DNA of 64,000 bases from NCBI GenBank assembly GCA_950097015.1, contig CATNEN010000025.1:9641800-9705799 (forward strand), given 5' to 3'. The notes under the pieces are model-generated. The model saw only the letters and a list, made by a program, of their open reading frames with translations. It was not told the origin of the DNA and searched no databases. Made by a program: the position numbers and the translations under genes. Below are positions 51,888 through 64,000 of this stretch, piece after piece (the stretch's first letter is position 1; every line of letters starts with the position of its first letter). This stretch comes from Macrostomum hystrix. Taxonomy: Eukaryota > Animalia > Platyhelminthes.

Positions 51888-53479
51888 TCGGTGTCGTTGT
51901 CTACTTTAGTCGTCAAAGAGGACAGCAGCCGCCATCAACTAATGGGGACTAGCCGCCACTGCGGGGTAATCAGAAGGTGAAAAAAAGCCAGAAGCCGCTA
52001 CTGGGGACGAACACTCGGGATTTCAAAAGCGATAGAAACGCTGTGGCTAAGAGTGTCGGCTTGACTGTGGACAATGTCGAAGGCACTTTCTGAAGTCTGT
52101 TTGGTGGGCGCTTTTACTCATAATTTTGCATTGGCTAACAGCGTTGCTTAATTTAGTTTTGTTTTTAAAGACAAAAATGTTTTTACGATCGCTTATTCAC
52201 GGTCTGCGAAGGAAGGAAAACCGAAATTGTCATTTTTCTGTTTTCATTTGAAATCTAAAATAATCGGTAATGCATGCTGAAGAAGCAGAAGTGCCCCATT
52301 GTCAGTCGACCTTTCGAACCCCCGCGCGTGCGCGTATCTAGCTTGTAATTGCGATCCCCGCGACCCAGTTCCTGTATTCCCATGTTTTATTTCTCTGTTT
52401 AGTAGTAATTGGTGATGGAGCTAATGATATATTGATAAGGTTCCGCAATTAAATTTATGTTTCCCGAACATAGAATCCTTTTCCCCGGATTCCTATGGTT
52501 CGAAATCCCCCATTCCCGGATCATTAATTGGTTAACTTGACTTGCTACATATCGAATTAAAGTAAGGATGCGAGAGGAAGCAGTCTATCTATTTGTGTGG
52601 TTATTATTATCATTAGTTAGAGGTTAGGATATAATTCTCCATCCTCAATACCGTTTTCTGATTGTTAGTTGTTAGATTGTTTCGTAATTGATTGTAGTAA
52701 TTTGTCTGCAGCAATATATTTGAAGCAATACCTGTCTTTAATTTCACTATTCTAATTATACGTTCCTTAAATATTTGGGCTTAAGTATTGCAGTGTCTGT
52801 TATTAATGCTTCAGATAACAGCTGTTGTATCTTAAATAACTGACGCAACGGAGATTCAGATTTGTTAGACTTAGAGTAATAAGGAAAACACGCCGACAGG
52901 CGGCACTCGGCAGGCAGACGAATAGGAGTGTGTATTTGATATATTATAGCAATAGCCGTACGATATACGCATGAGTGCAGAGGTCGGGGCTTTTATTTAT
53001 AGGCCCAAAGGCGTGGGGAGAGAGCATTCTAGAAAGTTACTAAAAATAGACTACGCGGGAAAGTTCTGGAACCAGTGATGGACTTAACGCCTTACGACAA
53101 AGAATAGAAATTTCTGGAAAGTTCGGCCAATCGGCAATTTAATGGCCGATTTATAATATTTGTGAAGTTAAAATAGGAGGCCGCATCAAGAAAAAGATGT
53201 AGCTAGTTTAACCTGTCCTCAGGTGACGGCAATTCTTTCGGACTGTTCTAGACCTAGTGCCATGGCCATAGTATTCGCTATACCATTATCTTAGTTCCTT
53301 TCAGTTTAGGCTCTTTAGGTTCTTTAGCTTCTCAGTGCAGCTTTTTCGAAACAATTGCAACTAGTTAGCTGATTTAAAAGTAAGCTAGTCATTTTGATCA
53401 AATCAAAATGCAAAAGTACTGAGAACACGTCTAGTCCTTTATAAAGCAGAGCTGCGGAGCATGCTCCATTTTATCTAAG

Positions 53480-53790
53480 ATTGCAATCTCTGCTTGAACA
53501 AACACATGGGCAACGTTGCGAACACGTTGTCGGGCCATTGTCATGTTCCTGTGCCGCATCGCCAAGATCACCAAACTGAGCAGCGTCACTCTCAGGATGC
53601 TGTACAGGGCCTACGGTGAGAGTGCTCTCACCTACGGCGCCCCAATCTTGACTCTGATCTGCGTCACCAACCAGATCAAGCTGCAAAAGATCTAAACCCT
53701 TGCTCTGCGCATCTGCTATGGTGTGCCTTCTTACCTGAGCACCGAATACCTTCACAAACTGGCCGACATCCCAATGCTCTCAGCCAGAGA
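53480..53790 (+). mobile_element. LINE reverse-transcriptase thumb fragment (I/Jockey-like)
   Basis: LRMLYRAYGESALTYGAPI..KLQKI*TLALRICYGVP..LHKLADIPML. Confidence 0.7.
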
Positions 53791-53870
53791 AAGCAGCTCG
53801 GTGTGGCCTGCATGCATGCCTTTTTATTTCAATTTTTAATTCAATTTTTCAATTTTTATTAGATCCCTTC

Positions 53871-56800
53871 TGTGATAGCGTGGGTCTGCTCAGTTGTTCC
53901 GCTCAAAGTAATGTACAGTGCAGGTGTACACCTGCACGCGCGCGTGTGATTGGCTGACGCTTTGTCAGACAACCTTTATTGTTGGCCAGCTATAAAGTTA
54001 AATAAAAGCCTCTGCCATTGGGGGGGGACTTACCCCCGAAGTGGAGTTTTCACAGTGGCGACTAGACTGAAACGATCCTGCGCAAATGAGTAGTGCAAGT
54101 GCACTAGAGCTTGTCGGCCCATACGAAGAAGGCTCTGAGCCGTGGCATATGTACCAAGCAAGGTTAGAACAATATTTTGTTGCCAATGACGTCACTGAGG
54201 AAGCAAAAAAACGAGCGATTCTGCTGAGTTCATGCGGCAAGAAAGTTTTCCATCTGGCCTTCAGTCTTCTGTCTCCTGAACAGCCATCAGCCAAGAGCTA
54301 CACCGAAATTTGCGATGCACTGAAGAGCCATTTTGAGCCTGAGGAGTCCGAGATCGTCCATCGTTACCGGTTCTACACCAGAAATCGCAGGGAAGGTGAG
54401 GGCGTCGCTGACTTCGTCGCAGACCTCCGAGACCTGGCTCGCGACTGCAAGTTCGGTGAAAGCCTGACTTCAATGCTTCGCGACAGGCTGGTGCTGGGAA
54501 TCAACAACGACGGTGCTCAGCGGCGGCTGCTGGCCGAGCCCGATCTCACTCTAGCGAAGGCATTGAAGCTGGCCCTGGCCCACGAGTCCGCCACCAAGGG
54601 CTGCCAACTGGTGTCGGGAGCGAGTAAGCCAGATCCATTCAGTCAGGAGTCCGTCAGCATTGTCAAGCAACAGCAGAAGTCGTCTTCGACAAGGAAGTGC
54701 TTCAGGTGCCTGTCAACGAGGCATCTCGCTAATAAGTGCCCGTTCGCCACCCAGAAGTGCTACAAGTGCTCAAAGACCGGCCACACTGCGGCTGCCTGCA
54801 AATCCCAGTCGAAGGACGATAGAAGAGAGGCTCTGCAGATGCAGGACGGCGAGGAAAAAGACAGCTGCGAGGAGGAAACAGCCCACTCTCTGTACCAGCT
54901 GTCCGGCAAGAATCGGTATCGAAGGTGCCGCCAATTACAACGATGGTGCGCATCAATGGCCGACCTGTTGTCATGGAAGTGGACACTGGAGCCTCCGTGT
55001 CCCTTGTATCCTCGAAGACCTACAGGACCGTGCTCAACTCGCAGCCAGCACTGCAGCCTGCGTCCGTGCAGCTGCGAACATACTCCGGTGAGAAAGTGCC
55101 AATTGAAGGCTGCATCTGTGTTGCGGTGGAAGCTGCTGAAGCACCGCCAAAGACACTCAGCCTCCTTGTGGTTGCCGGCTGCGGATCCGACCTGCTCGGA
55201 AGAGACTGGCTGTCCGAGTTGCGGCTCGACTGGAGATCAATCAAGCAGGTGGCAGCTGCTCTTGAGGTGTCGCCCAGACTACAGCAGCTGCTCGACAAGT
55301 ACAGCGATGTTTTTTTTGCCTGAGCTAGGGAAGTACAACGGACCGCCAGTGAGTTTGAATATGAGACCCGATGCTCAACCTCGCTTTATGAAGGCCAGGA
55401 ATCTCCCCTTTGCTTTGAAGGACAAGGTGGAGAGCCAACTGAACCGCGAGATCGAACAAGGAATCCTGGTGCCCGTGCAGCACTCCGAGTACGCATCGCC
55501 GGTGGTGCCAGTGCTCAAGTCCGACGGCTCTGTGAGGGTCTGCGCCGACTTCAAGCAGACATTCAACCCGAACGTGGAGCCCGACTCGTATCCTCTGCCG
55601 CGGATTGAAGAGCTGTTCGCGAAGCTGACTGGTGGGCGGCTCTTCACTAAGCTCGACTTGTCACAGGCGTACATGCAGCTGCCACTCGATGAGGCCTCCC
55701 AGAGGGTGTGCACAATCAACACTCACAAAGGGCTGCTTAGGTATACGCGGCTGCCCTTCGGTGTCTCGCCAGCGGTCGGAATTTTTCAGCGCCGGATGGA
55801 CTGCTTGCTGCAAGGAATCACCAACACCGCCTGCTTCATCGATGACCTCATCATCACCGGGAAGGACGACAGCAGTCATCTGAACTCCCTGGAGCAGGTT
55901 CTGGAGAAGCTGAGCCAGAGCGGCCTCCGGTGCAAGCTGGAGAAGTGCCAGTTCATGCAGACGAGCATCAGTTATCTCGGTCACCGCATCGATGCCGACG
56001 GCCTGCACCCGATCAAAGACAAGGTCGAGGCAATCGTCAGCGCTCCAGCTCCCAAGGACGCAACTCAGCTGCGCAGTTTCCTAGGCATGGTGAACTACTA
56101 TGGCAAGTTTCTGCCTAAATTGTCTCAAGTCCTGGCTCCGCTGCACCTGCTGCTGCGCGAGCAACACCGCTGGAACTGGGGCGCTGCTCAGAACGCCGCT
56201 TTCGAGAAGTGCAAGACACTGCTGTCCTCGGCTCCGGTATTGGCGCACTTTGACCCGAGCAAAGACCTGCTGCTCGAGTGCGACGCGTCCCCCTACGGTC
56301 TGGGGGCGGTCATCAGCCACAGGATCGATGGAGCTATCCGGCCTGTGGCCTTTGCCTCGCGTACGTTGCACGACGCTGAGAAAAACTACTCACAGCTCGA
56401 GAAGGAAGCCCTCGCGATAGTGTTTGCGGTTAAGAAGTTCAACGCGTACCTGTTCGGCCGCCATTTCTGCTGGTGAGTGACCACAAACCTCTGCTGGCTG
56501 AGAACAAGGCCGTGCCGACCCTGGCATCCGGAAGAATTCAGAGGTGGGCTCTGCTGCTGTCTGGCTATAACTACCGCATGGTTCACCGAGCCGGAGCCTC
56601 ACTGCTGTGCGCCGATGCCTTGAGTCGCCTGCCGCTGCCCGACAAGCCGGCGACTGTCCCGAAGCTGGCAGAGCTGGTCATGCTGATGGACCACCTGGAT
56701 GATGGACCTGTCACGGCAGCTCAGATACGCGGCCTGACTCGAAGGGATCCTACGCTTGCCCGAGCTCTGCACTTCACGCAGATTGGCTGGCCAGAGCGGG

Positions 56801-58455
56801 TCAGTGACGATCTGCTGCCATACTCCAAGAGAGCGGCTGAGCTCAGTGCGCAAGACGGCTGTCTCCTGTGGGGCGCTCGAGTGGTGGTCCCGGTTGGAGC
56901 GCGAGCTGCTCTGCTCCAGGTGCTGCATCAAGGTCATGCGGGGGCGTCTCGCATGAAGACGTTAGCCCGGGGTTATTTCTGGTGGCCAGGATTAGACTCG
57001 GAGATTGAAAACCTGTCCAAGGCCTGCGCTGACTGTCAGGAGTTGCAGAACGCCCCGGCGCCTTCGCCAATGTTGTCGTGGCCGTGGCCTGACCGACCGT
57101 GGTCTCGAGTGCATATCGAGTCATCGACTATGCGGGTCCGGTGTCTGGCAGGATGCTGCTGGTCGTCGTCGATGCCCACTCAAAGTGGCTGGATGTGCAT
57201 GTGGTGTCGTCAGCGACCTCAGCTGTCACCATCCAGAAACTCCGCTCCAGCTTCGCGACGCACGGGTTGCCAGATGTGCTGGTGTCGGACAATGGGCCCA
57301 ACTTGGTCAGCGAGGAGATGTCCGACTTTCTGCGGAAGAACGGCATTCAACACGTGCGCGTTGCCCCCTACCATCCGGCGTCCAACGGCCTGGCGGAACG
57401 AGCTGTCCAGACGCTGAAGCGGTCCCTGGAGAAGCAGCGCGAAGGCTCCTTGGAGGATAAGGTCGCCCGGTTCCTGCTGAGCTATCGGGTCACTCCGCAT
57501 GCGACAACTGGTGTGGCTCCCTGCGAACTCCTGATGGGACGGCGACTGTGTACGTTGCTAGATCGAGCTCGGCCAGACCTGGGAGCAAGAGTACAGCGTA
57601 AGCAAAGTCTGCAAAAAGAGCACCACGACTGCAAAGCTCGATCCCGGACTTTCGAGACTGGGGACGCTGTACTGGCCAGAGACTTTGGAGCCAACGGAGG
57701 TCGGTGGAAGCCGGCGCGAGTTGTCGGTGCCGCCGGTCCGGCCTCCTACCTGTGCGGCTTCGATGGCGACGACCGAGTGGTGCGGCGGCACGTCGACCAT
57801 GTCCGCGGTGGTCTTGAGCAGCCGCGGCCTACCGGAGCTGGCGTGACAGACGGTGCTGCCGACGCCAAGGCCGCACCTGAGCCTGAAGCTGCGATGCCGG
57901 CCGTGGACGAGCCGCCTGATCTGGCTGCTCCTGGAGACCCTGAGATCGACGGGTCTCTGCGCCGATCGTCGCGAGTTCGACGTCCCCCGGAGCGCCTGAG
58001 CTACGGGTGACGTCATCTGTGGAAGAGACTGTTTTGATTGACTGTAGTGTTCGGACGATTAATTTCAGATTTGGTACTTGTTATGGTTATGGGTTATTTT
58101 CCATTATATGGTTGTGTCGTTGCTTTTCTGTCTTGCGTTGCGTAGTTTTTGGTGCTGGTTAATTAGTATTTGTTATTAGGTTAATTATTGTGTTATTGTG
58201 CCTCACTATAAAATGCGTTGTTCTATTGTATTCTCTTGCGATCCCTGATCCTCATGTAGATGGGGAGGGATGTGATAGCGTGGGTCTGCTCAGTTGTTCC
58301 GCTCAGAGTAATGTACAGTGCAGGTGTACACCTGCACGCGCGCGTGTGATTGGCTGACGCTTTGTCAGACAACCTTTATTGTTGGCCAGCTATAAAGTTA
58401 AATAAAAGCCTCTGCCATTGGGGAGGGGACTTACCCCCGAAGTGGAGTTTTCACA
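53871..58455 (+). mobile_element. Full-length Ty3/Gypsy LTR retrotransposon (4585 bp)
   Basis: LTRs 53871-54054 and 58271-58455 (TG..CA; differ by one substitution and one 1-nt indel); 5-bp TSD ccttc; PBS tggcgactag; PPT ggggaggga; domain order gag-PR-RT-RH-IN. Confidence 0.97.
54086..58010 (+). pseudogene. Gypsy gag-pol polyprotein with four frameshifts
   Basis: gag LRDRLVLG plus two CCHC knuckles; PR VDTGAS; RT KLDLSQAY, RLPFG, FIDDL; RNase H LECDAS, NYSQLEKE; IN H..H..C..C, IDYAGP, VSDNGP, NGLAER. Frame changes near 54910, 55315, 56465 and 57118. Confidence 0.92.
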
Positions 58456-58722
58456 CCTTCTTTGAGCGGGATTTCCCCTGTATATTTCTGCCTTTTTTAT
58501 AGCTCCCAATGCGTGCCTAAATATAGCCAAATATTGAATATTTTTTTGTTTCAATATTCAATAAGGCTCAATATTCGCATAAAATAACCCAAATCAAATC
58601 GAGTGTATATATATTATGAATTTCGATTAAATCCAATAATAGTCTGCGGCAGAGTTTTTCGAAACTGATCAGCAGCCCCAGTCAAATAGGGAATTCGTTT
58701 TAACAACAACCTAGCTATTATA

Positions 58723-58800
58723 CCCTTACCTAAACCATAACCCTAAACCTAAACCTAAACCTAACCCTAAACCAAACCGTAACCCTAAACCTAACCTTAA
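58723..58800. repeat. Degenerate telomere-like (CCCTAA/CCTAAA)n tract
   Basis: taaccctaaacctaaacctaaacctaaccctaaa... Confidence 0.75.
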
Positions 58801-59814
58801 TGTTGTGACTGATTGTGTGAGTACACTTGCCCTGCGAGCAAACCTAGCGTGAGTCACCTTATACACAAAATACAAGATACTAAATTGTGTATTTTGTATC
58901 TCCGTAATTAACCCACCCAGTTTAACTAATCTTTAGCGGTATTCTTTAATTATTCGCGCGAATTCACTGAACAAGTTTCCAAGAAATTCGACTACTTGCT
59001 TAATTCGACTTCTTTTTCTATTCCGGTATCACGCCGTATGCTACTATGGACTATGCTACTGTAAATATTTACTGCTTTGCTTTTATCACTTATTAGACTG
59101 ATGTAATATTTTATTCCTATGTTACAGTTCTTTTCATTATGACGTATTTAAATGATGTGCTTTGTGGCTGCTATCTGCAATTAAAATAGGCCTACTTTGT
59201 CTATAGTCGCCTAGCTAGCTAACGATTAAATGATGAACAGCGAATTATATAACTATTTGACAAGCTCCTATGATTTGGCATTGCAAGCATACGATCGTAT
59301 ATGGAGCTATGCAGTAAATAAAAAACAGGCTAGACCTATTTCAGTTCTTATTGATTGAACAAAACTTGAGAGTGATTTAGCAAGTTTAGCTTAATGATTG
59401 CATCTGAAATAAAAAGCAGTGAGCTAGGCCAATGAACCATAATACCGCAACCACAAGCATATTCACTGGCCACTATAGATGGTATTTTTGTGTCATTGGG
59501 CTCTTTCTATATTATTATACAGCCATACTCAGTTTAACTTCATAAGTTAAATTAGCCTATCATATTTATTACTTTGTCCACAGATCTAGTACTGCTTCAT
59601 AGACTAGCTATATTAATTATTGGCAATAGTGCACTTTTGTTTGCGAAATTATTTTTTGTTTAAAATTGAAAGTTCAAAACCAGAAAAATATAACAACAAA
59701 AAAATTGATGTCTTTAAACAATTATAACAATTGTGGCAGAGCACAGTCTCTCTTTTTAGCTCCCTGGTTGCCGAACTTGCCAACTCATCATTGTGTTCTA
59801 GTGGCGGATACAGA

Positions 59815-60030
59815 GCTTGTCACTGGGCACTGTAGTAGTGGCAAATCTAGAAAAGCATGTTTCCGAAAGCCCTGTTTGCTCTGAACAGTCGGCGCCACAT
59901 AAACTTGTGGATGTGGCCCTCGAAGAGGGCATCCCTTGTTCCATGCATAGCCCTGAATTGGCCTTGCAATGCACCCACATTCCCTCGATTGTGTTGGTGA
60001 GAGTTGCTTAAACTTATGAGTTTATGTGGC
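59815..60030 (-). pseudogene. Merlin/IS1595-like DDE transposase C-terminal relic
   Basis: LTNTIEGMWVHCK, then after a frameshift QFRAMHGT..HIHKFMWRRLF..AFGNML*ICHYY, resembling HTNTIEG.W..K..G....EFMWRR...F..I...Y. Confidence 0.6.
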
Positions 60031-60489
60031 ACAAACAGCGACTAGTGTTACATTCCGTGGCTTGGTGACAAGTTCCGTGACCAGTGAGCTCTGGCACAGT
60101 TGCTAGAATTGTTTAAAACAAAAGTGCACTATTGCCTAATTATTTCTTTTTATGCTATCAGTGCTAGGCACTTCCGGTACTTTGTTACTTAGGAATTTAC
60201 TTTTTTCTTAAAGTGTTACTTTTTTAGTTACTTTTTTCAACTGCTTTGAACAGTACTGGGTAATGGAGTAGCAACTGGGTCACTATTGGGTAATGGAGTA
60301 GCAATAACAGAGGCTTTTTTCTGTAGTCTGGTCCTCGGGTCCTCTTTTAATAGCCAAAAGCCATTAGAAACTGCTACAACACTGCTCTCCTAGCTAGTGC
60401 TGCAGTTGAGTGTGCATTCTCTGTAGCCAAGGATGTCCTATGCGGTAAACATGTGTCCTGAGCAATAGCATGCTCACAATGCTCACAAG

Positions 60490-60850
60490 GAATTCATTTA
60501 TGCAGAATTCATTTATGCAGAATTCATTTATGCAGAATTCATTTATGCAGAATTCATTTATGCAGAATTCATTTATGCAGAATTCATTTATGCAGAATTC
60601 ATTTATGCAGAATTCATTTATGCAGAATTCATTTATGCAGAATTCATTTATGCAGAATTCATTTATGCAGAATTCATTTATGCAGAATTCATTTATGCAG
60701 AATTCATTTATGCAGAATTCATTTATGCAGAATTCATTTATGCAGAATTCATTTATGCAGAATTCATTTATGCAGAATTCATTTATGCAGAATTCATTTA
60801 TGCAGAATTCATTTATGCAGAATTCATTTATGCAGAATTCATTTATGCAG
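60490..60850. repeat. Perfect 15-bp tandem repeat (gaattcatttatgca) x24
   Basis: 24 identical units (NSFMQ x24 in the ORF track). Confidence 0.98.
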
Positions 60851-61924
60851 ATATAATTAAAAATTATTTTTTAAATAAAGTATTTTACAGCAAATTAAAA
60901 AAAATGGTTAGAAATTTACAATAAATTATACATTTTACTTCTTAAACACAATTTAACTTCCCTATTTACAATCCCAGCTTCATTCCATTCCAGTCTAACT
61001 CTTGTCCATTGTCAGTTGCCCATTGTTGTTCATTGTCATGTCACGACTCATGTCAATTCTCTTCCTCTACATCCCTCTTCAACTCTTTTCAGTTGTCCAT
61101 TTTCTAGTTGTTTCCATCCTTCTATCCCTTCTCTCCATGCCTCTCCTTTCTCCTCTCCTTTCTCCTCTCTTTCTCCATTCATCTCATTCATTCTTCTCAC
61201 ACCAAAAATTGAAAATGGAAAAGTTCCCAAAGGTTGCAAACCTGTTTGTTTATGTTTTTGCATGTTTACTGTTTATGCATCAGTGGTCACACTGGCTATC
61301 AATCTATCATATCATAATGCATATTCTAATATTCTATTCATTCATATTCACATATTGTATTGAAATTGACAATAAAATAGCAACTGACATCCTATGCCGA
61401 GAACATTTTTTTTAAGTTTATAATATTTCAACTAACCTGTCCTGTCTAACCGCTAGGGCTGCAACTTTCACACCTAGCTTTTAGAAAATGAATGAAATGA
61501 ATGAATGAATGAATGGAATGAAATTCGCCATTTGGTCCTGGCAAATTTAAGTAATTTAAATAAATTGTTTTTAAATAATTTAAAATCTGAAAATCCAAAA
61601 ATCTGAAAAAATGACATTAGTAAAAAAGTAACAGACTTAGTAATGGAAGTTACCTAAAAATCCAAAAGTACCAGTTACAAGTAACTAATGAAAATCATTT
61701 TTGGAGAATTTTTTAACTAAAAAGTACCCTTAAAGTAACATTGCCCAGCACTGTATGCTATATTTATGCCAGTTAGGCTTCTCCCTTTCCACTTTAGGGT
61801 AGCATTCATTAACAGTAGGCAATGTTATACATTGTTTTGCTCAATTATTTTTTAACCTGATTCGAACTCATGTGACCACATTAGTGTGTAGTATGATGTG
61901 GCAAGGGTCACTCACATGCTGATA

Positions 61925-63748
61925 TAGCTTTTGCGCCTTTGCGACCGCCCTGGGATCAGCGCAGGCACCGGACTACAGCAGAATCAGCTCAGCCATCGCC
62001 ACTGCCGCTGCCAAGACTCTGCCGCTTATGGAACCCGCGTCACGGCAATTTCCAGTTTGGGGCGAGCGACCGGAGGTCCGTGAGGCCCGCCGCACTGTCG
62101 AGCAGCTGCGGCGAGCCAGGCGACCGATATCCGATGCCGAGAAGGCCCTGGCAGACGCCTACGCAAGTCGACAGAAAGCCGCTGTTGACGACGCGATCCG
62201 GGCTGTCACCTCTGTCGGGCCTGAACGGCAGAGCAGGGTCGTCTGGCCGGTCGTGAACGCCCTCACCGGTCGCAAAAAGAAGGTGGCGCTCAACCCGGCT
62301 GGCGACACTGCCGAGGAGCGCAGAAACGAGCTGCATACCTTCTTCGCCGCCGTCGACTCTGCCGAACGAGATGCCGCTGCCCCCCGTGGTGGCGCTACCG
62401 CGGCAGGAGGACTTCGACACCAGTCCAGTGACCAGCACGGACATCGTGGAGTTCGCCCGCAGGGCACCGCGCCCCCGGTCCGGATGAGGTCCCGTCGAGG
62501 CGCTGCGGGTCACAAGGGTTGCCACCGAGGTGGCCCGCGTGATGAACGGCGTCCTGGCGGGAGGCCCTGCGCCCGCGCGAGTGGAACCCAGGCCACCATC
62601 GTCGGCATCCCGAAGAAGCCCGGCACTACGCGGAATGAGGAGCATCGCGGGATTCTCGCTCATGTCCTGTGCCGCGAAGCTGTTCAACCGGGTGCTGTTA
62701 GCACGGTTACAGCCTGTGCTGGACTCGTTTCTGCGGTACGAGCAGAACGGGTTCCGGCACGGTGACTCAGATCCTGGCCCTCGCCGCATCATCGAGGAGG
62801 CGCGCATCACCCAGTCAAGCCTTGTCGTCATCTTTGTTGACTTCCTTCAAGGCTTTCGACTCGGTGGCCCGCGGCGCGCTGTCGCAAAAAGAAGGCGGGG
62901 CGCTCAACCCGGCTGGCGACACTGCCGAGAGCGCAGAAACGAGCTGCATACCTTCTCTTCGCCGCCGTCGACTCTGTCTGTTCCGGAGAAGAAGCTGTCT
63001 GTCCTCAGCTACGCGGACGACCTGCCCTGCTGTCTACGACGGCCGAAGGCGCCCAACGGCTGCTGGATGGCCTGACTGCGGCGGCGGCGAGGGGTCGGCC
63101 TCGCTTTCAACGCCATGAACACCGAGGTGCTGACGGTGCCGGCATAACCTACCTGCCGAGATTCGACTACAAGACGGTGACGAGGCTAGGGGCCCTACGG
63201 GACCGGGCTCACCGAAGTGCCGTCAGTTCGTCTACCTCGGCGGACTGGTGCCTGACGTGGGCGACGACCTGGCGAGACGGGCGCGGCAAGGCCTGGGCCG
63301 CCTTCCGTTCTGTGCGGGCGGTGCTGCTCTCCGAGGCCCTGTCGAACGGCGCCAGGTCCCAGCTGTTCCAGGCGGTTGTCGAGACCGCCCTGTTGTAGCA
63401 ATGCTGAGACCTGGACGATGACCGGGGCGCTCGAGGGCGCAGCTCGACGCGGCGCATGCGGCCCTAGTTCGCGCCGCTTTCGGTGCCCGACGCGGCCCTG
63501 GCAGCGAGACAATCCGATTCCCTCCCTGCTGGCGGACATCGCAGGGACCGCGCAGGGCGCGGCCTGGGTCAATCAGCCCGCCTATGTCGACCGTCTTTTT
63601 GAAGACGCCCGAGCACCCAGCCAGGCGGGCCGGCGTGAAGTATGTCAGAGACCTGGCTCTGAAAACGCGCGATTTGACGCTCCCCCCTCTTGGCCACTTT
63701 GTGTGTTCGGCTTGGGCGTAACTATTATTATTATTATTATTATTATAG
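61925..63748 (+). mobile_element. Degraded, rearranged RTE-like LINE with (TTA)n tail
   Basis: IVGIPKKP, SLMSCAAKLFNRVLL.RL..LRYEQNGFR, FVDF.KAFDSV, LSYADDL; many frameshifts; ends in (tta)n at ~63723-63748. Confidence 0.88.
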
Positions 63749-64000
63749 CTTTGCAAGGTTTTAAGTGGCTGATGTGGATTTATTGGGCTTAAATGCCATA
63801 GACATGTGGGCTTTGTGTGCTGTTGCTGGGGATGACTAGTGGCAAAATATTAAGAAGTGCATCTTGATTCTCCTAACAGCTAATATTTCTATGCCATGGC
63901 TGATTGGCCAGCTGCTCCATCTTGGATTGTGCCACCAAATGAGGTATGAGGTGCAGCAGAGTTACTGGATTTGTCATGTCAACAATTACCTTTCGGGACA

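Noticed and set aside
49901-51916. Antisense Val/Gly-rich and Arg/Cys-rich ORFs
   Set aside because: Shadows of the 45-bp coding repeat on the plus strand.
58723-58800. True telomere or chromosome-fusion site
   Set aside because: Short, degenerate and single-orientation; such tracts are common inside non-autonomous elements.
60470-60856. 128-aa NSFMQ-repeat ORF
   Set aside because: Translation of a perfect 15-bp tandem repeat with no supporting gene structure.

Overview
Repeat-rich eukaryotic (invertebrate-like) genomic DNA with GT-AG introns, DNA transposons, LTR and non-LTR retroelements and large satellites. No rRNA, tRNA gene or CRISPR array was seen. The style is compatible with a flatworm such as Macrostomum, but that is only a guess. 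The most notable part is 451-6990: an apparently intact spliced KDZ-type (Kyakuja-Dileera-Zisupton) transposase, followed by a spliced zinc-finger/SETD8-like histone methyltransferase and a paralogous zinc-finger gene without SET. Each of the three genes is followed by a near-identical ~560-bp spacer, and a perfect hairpin lies just downstream. The rest of the window holds a 142/140-bp satellite with an 8-mer higher-order repeat, a 5.3-kb 12-bp-unit satellite and several minisatellites. It also holds a full-length Gypsy element with LTRs and a TSD, an internally deleted Gypsy, a BEL/Pao relic, a deleted Helitron with a nested hAT MITE, hAT/Crypton/Merlin relics, LINE and SINE fragments, a 7-exon mucin-like gene with two alternative hydrophobic C-terminal frames, and two orphan minus-strand genes. 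All calls are by eye from motifs and splice-phase arithmetic; no searches were run.
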